Assembly (NCBI GenBank): GCA_052390515.1
Contig: JBQTGV010000108.1
Span: 1-11,244 of the forward strand
Reading direction: 5' to 3'
Source: Candidatus Eiseniibacteriota bacterium
GTDB lineage: Bacteria > ARS69
Length of the DNA stretch: 11,244 nucleotides
Shown: piece after piece, positions 1 through 6,634 of the stretch
Position numbering within the stretch: the stretch's first letter is position 1
Layout: each line of letters opens with the position of its first letter
Notes under the pieces: generated by a model
What the model was told of the DNA's origin: nothing
Database searches by the model: none
What the model saw: only the letters and a program-made list of their open reading frames with translations
Made by a program: the position numbers and the translations under genes

Positions 1-909
1 GGCCCAGTCGACGGTGTCGTCCTCCAGCTGCGTCGGCGTGGTCCAGGAATAGCGCTTGCTGGCGAACGCGCTGAGGGCCGGCCACCGATCCGACTTGGCC
101 GCGGTGACCGCCGCCGCGCTCGCGCCGGCCGACGTCCGGGCGGCACGCAGATCGGGGTTCTCCTGCTGCGCGCGGGCGAGCGACGTCTCCAGGGTCAGCT
201 CCGTCTCGACCGTGAGGTCCTCCTCGGCGAGCTCGATGGCCGCGTTCGGATCCAGTCCGAGGTAGGTCGCGAGAGCCGCCTTGGCCACGTCCAGGTTGCG
301 CTGCGCGCGAAGCACCTCGAGGCGGTTGTTCGCGTGGTCCACCTCGCTCTTGTACACGTCGGCCTTGGTCGAAGCGCCGAGCTCCTTCATCGCCTCGGTC
401 TTCTTGAGCTGCTCGCCGGACAGGTTGGCCGCCTCCTGCTGCACCCCGAGGAGCTCCTGCGTCTTCTTCACCTCGAAGAAGCGCCTCTCGGTCTCGCGGA
501 CCACTTCCTGCCGCGCGGAGAGCAGGCGCTCCTCGGCGGCCGACCGCCCGCGAGAAGCACTCTGAAAGGAGGCCACGTTCCCCCAGCCGTCGAAGAGAAG
601 AAGGTTCGCCGAGGCGCGGTAGTTCCACTCGTCCTCGTCGAAGAGCACGTCCGAGTCTCCGATCCGGACCAGACGCGGCTCCGCCCGGGTGACGCTTCCG
701 CCCAGCTCGAGCCTCGGCAGGAACGCCGCACGCGCGCCGGTGACGTCCGCCTGCGCCGAGCGAAGCGCGCCGTGGGCCTGCTCCACGACCAGCGTGTTGT
801 CGAGGGCCAGGCGGACGCAGTCGTCCAGCGCCATCGGCGCGGCACCCGCGGCCGGGGCAAGGCCCGCCGCCGCGAGCCCGAACAACCCCTTCAGGCCGAG
901 CTTCGTCAT
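1..909 (-). CDS. TolC-family outer membrane efflux protein (5' part; truncated at left window edge)
   Basis: Translated by hand and absent from the ORF track. ATG at 909 is preceded by GGAGGAGG, and the frame stays open for 303 codons to position 1. It begins MTKLGLKGLFGLAAAGLAPAAGAAPMALDDCVRLALDN, a signal peptide followed by the typical 'L..cv..AL.N' start. OEP-repeat hallmarks follow: 'ARAAFLPRLEL', 'ANLLLFDG', 'ELGASTKADV', 'ALATYLG', 'QENPDLRAA', 'AKSDRWPALS'. Confidence 0.9.
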   Translation of the reverse strand, partial: MTKLGLKGLFGLAAAGLAPAAGAAPMALDDCVRLALDNTLVVEQAHGALRSAQADVTGARAAFLPRLELGGSVTRAEPRLVRIGDSDVLFDEDEWNYRASANLLLFDGWGNVASFQSASRGRSAAEERLLSARQEVVRETERRFFEVKKTQELLGVQQEAANLSGEQLKKTEAMKELGASTKADVYKSEVDHANNRLEVLRAQRNLDVAKAALATYLGLDPNAAIELAEEDLTVETELTLETSLARAQQENPDLRAARTSAGASAAAVTAAKSDRWPALSAFASKRYSWTTPTQLEDDTVDWA

Positions 910-960
910 CGTTCCTCCTCCATGCTGCGTCTCTCCGTCCGGCTGCGGGCGCGAACGGCT

Positions 961-986
961 TACGGGATCCGGCCCGCCGGGGTTTC
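961..986 (-). promoter_or_regulatory. Possible ECF-sigma-type promoter upstream of the TolC gene
   Basis: Minus strand reads GAAAC-N17-CGTA (986-982, 964-961) in the 79-nt gap between the Yip1 and TolC genes. This resembles the AAC/CGT ECF promoter architecture, but the motifs are short and could be chance. Confidence 0.3.
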
Positions 987-988
987 GG

Positions 989-1741
989 TCAGAGCCGGCC
1001 GGCGGCCCACGATCCCACGGCCGACACGACCAGCGAGACGAAGGAGGTGACGGCCCAGAACGTCCCTCCGATCGCCCAGCCGGCTCCTCCCGGCGCGCCG
1101 AAGACGAAGCGCGAGCCGAGCGCCAGGAACCAGAGCGTCACCAACGAGAAAACGGCGAAGACCTCGAGAAAAAGGTGAGGCAGAGAACCCCAGGTCAGAC
1201 CCGGAACCAGAGCCGCCGGACCGAGGGACACCTCGATGGTGTCGGCCGCGCGCACCACCACCGCCAAGATCAGATACCCGAATCCGGCCGCGAGGTTCGC
1301 CGTCCAGTACGTCGACAGCGCCCTGCGATAGCTCGGCTGGGGGCCGAAGAGCTTCGCGATGACCCAGAGGACGAGCGCGCCCAGGAAGCCGAGGGCCGCG
1401 AGCGTCACCGTCACCATGGCGATGTGCAGCGCCGCCTGAACCTGGGAGAGATTCTCGGGATCGGGGATGCCCGCCAGCGCCGCCGCGCGATCCTCCTCGG
1501 GCACGCCCATCCGCTCGATCGTGGCTTCCGTCACGTCGTACTGGTACGCGAGATCCTGGGGCATCCGGATCCACGTGGCCACGAGGACGAGCACGGTGCA
1601 CAGAACGAACTGTCCGAGCCACTGCGGATCCTCGCCGAGGCGCCGGAACGCGGACGAGGGCGAAGAGAAAAGCATCGGGACGATCGCGAGGCCCTTCGCC
1701 GCGCCGGGCGCTCCCGCCGGTGCGGCGACCGACTGGCTCAT
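989..1741 (-). CDS. Yip1-domain (YIP1/YknW-like) integral membrane protein, 250 aa
   Basis: ATG at 1741 is preceded by AGGAGGGGAG. The N-terminal 'MLFSSPSSAFRRLGEDPQW' matches the Yip1 'P...F..l...P.W' pattern. One TM helix is followed by a hydrophilic loop and about four more TM helices, with a 'SYRRALS' motif. The gene lies next to a TolC gene. Confidence 0.8.
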   Translation of the reverse strand: MSQSVAAPAGAPGAAKGLAIVPMLFSSPSSAFRRLGEDPQWLGQFVLCTVLVLVATWIRMPQDLAYQYDVTEATIERMGVPEEDRAAALAGIPDPENLSQVQAALHIAMVTVTLAALGFLGALVLWVIAKLFGPQPSYRRALSTYWTANLAAGFGYLILAVVVRAADTIEVSLGPAALVPGLTWGSLPHLFLEVFAVFSLVTLWFLALGSRFVFGAPGGAGWAIGGTFWAVTSFVSLVVSAVGSWAAGRL

Positions 1742-1783
1742 GCCGCTCCCCTCCTGGGCCGCCGGGCCGCGGCCCGACCCGGC

Positions 1784-1812
1784 AGCGTAGCGCGCCCCGA
1801 TCGACGTGTCCC
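1784..1812 (-). promoter_or_regulatory. Weak candidate internal sigma70 promoter for Yip1-TolC
   Basis: Minus strand reads GGGACA (1812-1807)-N17-TACGCT (1789-1784): a 4/6 match at -35 and TAnnnT at -10, about 40 nt upstream of the Yip1 start. Confidence 0.3.
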
Positions 1813-1828
1813 AAGGAGGATTGGGGGA

Positions 1829-1889
1829 GGCCGACGCCGGTCAGTAAATCGAGGACGGTCGGGAAGGGCCGACGCCGGTCAGTAAATCG
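1829..1889. repeat. Perfect 23-bp direct repeat (2 copies, 15-bp spacer) covering the GWxTD gene stop codon
   Basis: GGCCGACGCCGGTCAGTAAATCG occurs at 1829-1851 and 1867-1889, separated by AGGACGGTCGGGAAG (1852-1866). Confidence 0.95.
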
Positions 1890-3465
1890 TGGCGCCGCTG
1901 CTCCCGATCAGCGTGTAGGTGCCGTTGCCCATCTCGTCGGCGAAGATGAACTTGAGGCCCCGGTGGCTGTCCGGGCCCCGATCCACCCGGTCGGTCAGCG
2001 GGTAGCCCGCCCCGTCGTAGACCCAGACCTCCAGCTGCTTGGACTTGATGTTCGTCCCGCCGCGCTGCTCGGTGACGTCGCTGACGTCGCCCTCGCGGAA
2101 CTCGTCCGCGTCCAGGAACGAGGTGGAGGGGCGGGCACGGAGCGTGGCTCTTTCCGCCGGATCGGCGACACGCTCGGCGTTGCCGTCGAGGCCGAAGCCG
2201 GACGAGGAGAACTCGTAGAGGACGTCGTCCGGAGGGCCGTAGCGGACCCAGACCCGGCCCCGGTCGGTCAGGATCCCACGGGTCAACGGCGAGCCGAACT
2301 CGTGATCGGCGTGCTGCACGCGCCCGCGGAACGAGTCCAGGACCTCGTTCTCGGGCGTGTCGGGATCCGGGTCCAGCTCGTGCCAGTACTCCGCCAGGTA
2401 CACCTCCTGCGCCCCGGGGTTGAGGTCGCGCAGCGTGCGATGCTCGGACTCGCTCATGATGAGCGCCATCTCCTGCACCATCAGCAACGGATCCCGGCCC
2501 CAGGTTCCGACGGACCAGACCACTTCCAGAGGCTCGCTGACCCGCGCGATCTCGCGCGTACGCTCGCCGAGAACGGTCACGTCCAGCCGGTAGGTGCCGG
2601 CCGTCAACCGCTCGGGGAGGCGAAGCTCGTCAGCCAGCACGAAGAGATCCGACGGAGGGAGCGCCCGCGTCGTCTTCTCGCCCCGGGGCACGCCCGACTT
2701 GTCCATCAACTGGACCTGGACGAGATAGCCGTCTCCCGGCACGAACGACGCTCCCGCGTAGACCTCCACGTAGTACCTCGCCAGCGGCAGGACCAGCCCG
2801 TAGAACCGCTGCGGATTGGGATCGTAGTCGATGCCGCGCCGGCCCTCCTCCCCGGCGGCCGGCCGCCAGCTTCGCAGCAGGGCCAGGTCCGACAGCACCA
2901 GACTGTCGCCGCGCAGGTCCCGAACCTCGATCCAGCCGGCGGCGGTTCCGTCCTTGTGCTTCTTGCGGATCTTGTTGAGCAGGCCGGTGCGCAGGGCCCT
3001 CTCGTCGGTCAGATGCACCTCGAGGCGGAGGAGCCCTGGTGCGACGAACGCCGACTGGGAGAGGGCCTGCACGATGGCGCGATCCGCTCCGTCCAGCCGC
3101 GAGGCGGCCCTGGGCTCGAGCACCGACTCCTCGGCGAAGACCTCCGTCCCGGCCTCGTCGCGCAGGGTGACGCGCATGCGCAGGCTCCCCGCCCACGTCC
3201 CGTCCTGGGTTTCCCGGAACTCGAGCTGATCGTTGGAGATCGAGGCGGACACGGCAAGCTCGATCCGCCCGCCGTCGGCGCGGAACGAGGACGCATCGAC
3301 GAAGAAGCGGAGGTGCCCTTCGCTTTCCAGGGGGAGCTCGACCGGTGCCGGCGAATCCTCGGCGAATGCGCCACCTACCGCGGCCGCGAGGACCGCGAGT
3401 CCGACGGAGACGCTAGCGCGGATCCGGCTAGAACCGCAGCTCCGCGCTGAACTTGTGGACGTCAT
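1879..3465 (-). CDS. GWxTD domain-containing exported protein, 528 aa
   Basis: Signal peptide ends ...VGLAVLAAAVGGAFA|EDS. Two predicted beta-sandwich regions follow ('PGLLRLEVHLTD', 'LSDLAL', 'AGTYRLDVTV'). The family core reads 'YWHELDPDPDTPENE...RVQHADHEF...GILTDRGRVWVRYGPPD...EVWVY...FIFADEMGNGTYTL'. ATG 3465 is the nearest in-frame start before the hydrophobic signal segment and overlaps the upstream gene by 38 nt. Confidence 0.85.
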   Translation of the reverse strand: MTSTSSARSCGSSRIRASVSVGLAVLAAAVGGAFAEDSPAPVELPLESEGHLRFFVDASSFRADGGRIELAVSASISNDQLEFRETQDGTWAGSLRMRVTLRDEAGTEVFAEESVLEPRAASRLDGADRAIVQALSQSAFVAPGLLRLEVHLTDERALRTGLLNKIRKKHKDGTAAGWIEVRDLRGDSLVLSDLALLRSWRPAAGEEGRRGIDYDPNPQRFYGLVLPLARYYVEVYAGASFVPGDGYLVQVQLMDKSGVPRGEKTTRALPPSDLFVLADELRLPERLTAGTYRLDVTVLGERTREIARVSEPLEVVWSVGTWGRDPLLMVQEMALIMSESEHRTLRDLNPGAQEVYLAEYWHELDPDPDTPENEVLDSFRGRVQHADHEFGSPLTRGILTDRGRVWVRYGPPDDVLYEFSSSGFGLDGNAERVADPAERATLRARPSTSFLDADEFREGDVSDVTEQRGGTNIKSKQLEVWVYDGAGYPLTDRVDRGPDSHRGLKFIFADEMGNGTYTLIGSSGATIY

Positions 3466-4393
3466 CGAGAAAATCCATCGCCGAGAAGCCGTAGTCGACC
3501 CGGATCCACGACGCGCTTCCCGTCGGGAACTCGACGCCGAAACCGGAGGTGAGGCTCTCCTCGTCCCGGTTGTAGCGATACCCGCCGCGCACCTGGAGCG
3601 TGACGTTGGGCTGGAAGGTCTTGAGCGTGTACTCGGTTCCGAAGCTGGCCCGCTCCGCGTTGTCCGAGGGGTGATCGAACTCGAAGGCCAGCAGGACGTT
3701 GTGATCTTCGCTCTGGTAGGCGTCCATGGCCGTTCCCACCTTGAACATCGTGGGCAGCGGGAAGCTGTCCTCGATGAAGGTCAGCGACGGACCCATGCTC
3801 TGGATGGCCATGCCGATGCGGATCGTCTTGTAGTCGGTGTAGTAAAGCGTGCCGAAGTCCACCGCGAACCCGTCGGCGTTCTCGTCCTCGAGACCGAGGT
3901 GCAGGAACTTCGCGGTCAGACCGAACGCGAAACGATCGATCAGGTTCTTCGCCCAGGTCAGGCCCAGGTTGAAGCTCCCGGCGTCGAAGTTGTCCCCGGT
4001 GCCGCCCGGGCTGAACTCGGTGCGTACCGGGATCGGGTCCATCTGCAGCACGGTCGAGGTGAACGCGTAGGAGCCGGGAAGTCCGCGGTAGGTGAACGCG
4101 TAGCCGAAGAACTCGTGGGAGATGTCCGCCGGCCAGGTGGAGTGGTTCAGCGTCACGTGGGCGTGTCCGTCCTGCGTGATGCGCGCGACGCCGGCGGGAT
4201 TCCACCAGGCCGCCGTCGCGTCGTCGGCCACCGCCACGAACGTCTCGCCCATCCCGACCGCGCGCGCTCCGACGCCGATCTTGAGGAACTGGGCTCCCGA
4301 AGTACCGACCTTGCGGAAGATCTCGGCTCCGTGCGCGGCCGGCGCGCACGCCAGGCAGGCCACCAAACAGCCGATCCAGAAGCCTCTCCTCAC
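3428..4393 (-). CDS. PorV/PorQ-family (UPF0164, FadL-like) outer membrane beta-barrel, 321 aa
   Basis: Start reassigned from 4561 to GTG 4393, which has GGAGG 9 nt upstream and is directly followed by a signal peptide. Family signature 'GTSGAQFLKIGVGARAVGMGETFVAVADDATAAWWNPAG' is present, along with alternating beta-strands, 'AVDFGTLY', 'LPTMFKVG', and a C-terminal Phe (SAELRF). Confidence 0.88.
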   Translation of the reverse strand: MRRGFWIGCLVACLACAPAAHGAEIFRKVGTSGAQFLKIGVGARAVGMGETFVAVADDATAAWWNPAGVARITQDGHAHVTLNHSTWPADISHEFFGYAFTYRGLPGSYAFTSTVLQMDPIPVRTEFSPGGTGDNFDAGSFNLGLTWAKNLIDRFAFGLTAKFLHLGLEDENADGFAVDFGTLYYTDYKTIRIGMAIQSMGPSLTFIEDSFPLPTMFKVGTAMDAYQSEDHNVLLAFEFDHPSDNAERASFGTEYTLKTFQPNVTLQVRGGYRYNRDEESLTSGFGVEFPTGSASWIRVDYGFSAMDFLDDVHKFSAELRF

Positions 4394-4446
4394 CGCGGTC
4401 GTCCTCCCTCGTTCACCGGTGCGCCCGTGGGCCGGGATGCGCCACC

Positions 4447-6621
4447 TTAGCGGATGATGACGAACTTGCCAACTTTCTCCTGCCCGGTCGCGGCATCGGT
4501 GACGTGGTACAGGTAGATCCCGCTCACCGTGTCCTGGTTGTTCTTCGACACCAGGTTCCACGACGCCTGGCCGCGGTCCTCGTCCGTGATCCGGTCATCG
4601 TGTTCGAGCGTGACCACGTGATCGCCGGCCAGCGTGAAGATGCGGATCGTGGCCCGCTCCGGCAGGTTGAAGAACTTGATGCGCCGGCCGGTCGGCTCGA
4701 AGCTCGTCTCGGCGAGGTCCCAGGCCGCGGACCCGCGATACGGGTTGGGCACGACGTACACGTCGTCCAGCGTCTGGGCCGGCGTCGTGCGCGGCATCAC
4801 CCGGACCATGTTCTGCGAGAACTTGCCGAACTTCGGCGGATCGGAACGGACCACTGTCGTTTCCGGGGGAGAGCCGCTGATCACCAGCGAGATCGTGCCC
4901 CGATCGTAGGCGCTGACCGCGTACCAGTAGAAGAAGCCGTTCTGCACGCGGGTGTCCACGTAGCGGTACTTGCCCAGCCCGGACATGCCGGTGTCGATGT
5001 CCGAGAGCTCGGTGCTGTCGAAGTCCGCGATCAGCCTCCACATCTCCTCGGACGGGATGTTCGACTCCCGCTTCCACCCTTCCGCCTTCCAGACCTGGTA
5101 CCCGGCGAAGTCCAGCTGCCGGGTGAGCGGATCCGGGATCTCCTCCGGGAAGTCGTCCCATTCGACGACGACGTGGCGATCCCCGGCGGTCACGTTGATG
5201 TTCGGCGGCGGCGGCGGGGAGCTGGTGGCCCAATGCACGCGCTCGCCCGTCGTGGGGTCGACGAACCCGTTGTACACGCGCTGCGCCTGCACCGGATTGG
5301 CCATTTCGGCCACGCGCCGGGTGTTCCCGTCGACGTCGGTCTGATCGACCATCAGCCCGCAGACGAAAGCCACCTGGAAGACGAGCGTGGACCCCGGAGG
5401 GATCTTCTTGAACGGTCCGGCCGAGACCAGGAACCGGTAGTCGTTCTCGCGGAACGTCGGCGGGCTGATGCTGCGCACCGTGTCCCCGAGGGATCCCCGC
5501 AGGAACCGGTAGCGGTCCAGATCGTCCCGGTCGTCCTCGTCGCCGCTGGACCAGATCCGGAACGTGTGCAGCCCGACCTCCCGGGGAGCGAAGGAGCTCT
5601 CGAAATCCGGGGCGAGGGTGTCCACGGTGTGCCCCAGGAACATCACGCCGCAGTATCCCGGGACGTCGTCGCCCTGCGTGCCGGGGTTGTCGAAGATGTA
5701 CCCGAGCGTGATGTGCAGCTCGTCGACGCCGCCGGTCTCGAGCACCACCGTGGTATCGAGCTCCGCGAAGGCTCCGTGATCGTCCTCGTAGTTGTTCAGC
5801 TCTTCGTCGTCGATGCCCACGTCGCCGTCGACCATGAATCCGACGTACGCGTTGTTGATGTCCCAGCCGACGCCCGCGGGATCCACGACGTTGGACATGT
5901 TCAGCACGCTGTATTCGACTCCGACGAAGTCGTCGAACTGCGGGTCGGTCCACACGTAGCTTTCCTGGGTCACCTTGAGTCCCATGGGTACGTGCTGGTC
6001 GGCGTCGTCCGGGAAGAACTGGTTGAACGCGGTCGACGTATCGTAGAAGACGCAGCGGAACATCTGCTGGGAGATCCCGGCGAAGTCCTCGTCGATGCGG
6101 CCGTCCCCGTCGTTGTCCTCCCCGTCGAGCGCGTCCTCGTCCACGAGACCGTCGCCGTCGTCGTCGAAACGGCGCAGCCCCGCCGGAGCGCCCTCGAACG
6201 TCTGACAGATCCCCTCGGGCGGGCTTCCGCAGCCCTCGTTCTGCTCGACGTTCGCGAACTCGCCCTGCTGGAACAAGCCCGACGAACACAGCGTGTCCTG
6301 GGCGCCGCTCCGGTTGATCACTCCGGCGACCCACAAGCCGGCGCCGTACAGGTATTCCTGATTCGTCCCCGCGGGCCACTCGCCGGAGGGCGCGGTCAGG
6401 TCGGAGCCGCGCCGCCCGAAGTATCCGCGGTTCGACACGTGCAGCAGAACGTTCCCGGCGTCGTGGAACCAGCCGGCGAACTCGTCGACGCGGATGGACG
6501 GAGGCAGCCACTGCGAAGGCCCGCCCTCTCCCTCGGTAGCGTCGGCGGGCGCACAGGGAAGCAGACCCGCGGCGAGCGCGGCCGAGAGACACCACGCGCG
6601 CGGCGTGGGAATCCGATTCAT
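4447..6621 (-). CDS. Large acidic secreted protein with DxDxDG repeats, Fn3-like domain and T9SS type-A-like/FlgD-Ig C-terminal domain, 724 aa
   Basis: ATG 6621 is preceded by GGGAGG; the ORF-track GTG at 6633 is an alternative. It has a signal peptide (...APADA|TEG), N-terminal 'HDAGNVLLHVSNRGYFG...PSGEWPAGTNQEYLYGAGLWVAG', and repeat 'DDDGDGLVDED...DNDGDGRIDED'. The Fn3-like part reads 'PPPPPNINVTAGDRHVVVEWD...FAGYQVWK...YRYVDTRVQNGFFYWYAVSAYD'. The C-terminus reads 'VYVVPNPY...IKFFNLP...IRIFTLAG...WNL...SGIYLYHV...KVGKFVIIR'. Confidence 0.85.
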   Translation of the reverse strand: MNRIPTPRAWCLSAALAAGLLPCAPADATEGEGGPSQWLPPSIRVDEFAGWFHDAGNVLLHVSNRGYFGRRGSDLTAPSGEWPAGTNQEYLYGAGLWVAGVINRSGAQDTLCSSGLFQQGEFANVEQNEGCGSPPEGICQTFEGAPAGLRRFDDDGDGLVDEDALDGEDNDGDGRIDEDFAGISQQMFRCVFYDTSTAFNQFFPDDADQHVPMGLKVTQESYVWTDPQFDDFVGVEYSVLNMSNVVDPAGVGWDINNAYVGFMVDGDVGIDDEELNNYEDDHGAFAELDTTVVLETGGVDELHITLGYIFDNPGTQGDDVPGYCGVMFLGHTVDTLAPDFESSFAPREVGLHTFRIWSSGDEDDRDDLDRYRFLRGSLGDTVRSISPPTFRENDYRFLVSAGPFKKIPPGSTLVFQVAFVCGLMVDQTDVDGNTRRVAEMANPVQAQRVYNGFVDPTTGERVHWATSSPPPPPNINVTAGDRHVVVEWDDFPEEIPDPLTRQLDFAGYQVWKAEGWKRESNIPSEEMWRLIADFDSTELSDIDTGMSGLGKYRYVDTRVQNGFFYWYAVSAYDRGTISLVISGSPPETTVVRSDPPKFGKFSQNMVRVMPRTTPAQTLDDVYVVPNPYRGSAAWDLAETSFEPTGRRIKFFNLPERATIRIFTLAGDHVVTLEHDDRITDEDRGQASWNLVSKNNQDTVSGIYLYHVTDAATGQEKVGKFVIIR

Positions 6622-6634
6622 GAGGCCTCCCACG

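Noticed and set aside
1829-1889. Mini-CRISPR interpretation of the 23-bp direct repeat
   Set aside because: Only two copies with a 15-nt spacer (too short), one copy overlaps a coding end, and there are no cas genes in the window.
4345-4393. Lipoprotein signal in the PorV-like protein (LVAC) or the cargo (LLPC)
   Set aside because: The LVAC cysteine is at residue 13, too early, and is followed by a plausible SPase I site (AHG|A). LLPC does not fit the lipobox, and ADA|T fits SPase I.
4394-4561. N-terminal extension of the PorV-like ORF as given in the track (start 4561)
   Set aside because: It overlaps the cargo gene by more than 100 nt and buries the signal peptide. GTG 4393 has a good SD and gives a normal signal peptide.
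5202-5218. GGC trinucleotide run as a contingency repeat
   Set aside because: It encodes the poly-proline linker (PPPPP) before the Fn3-like domain and is short and in-frame.
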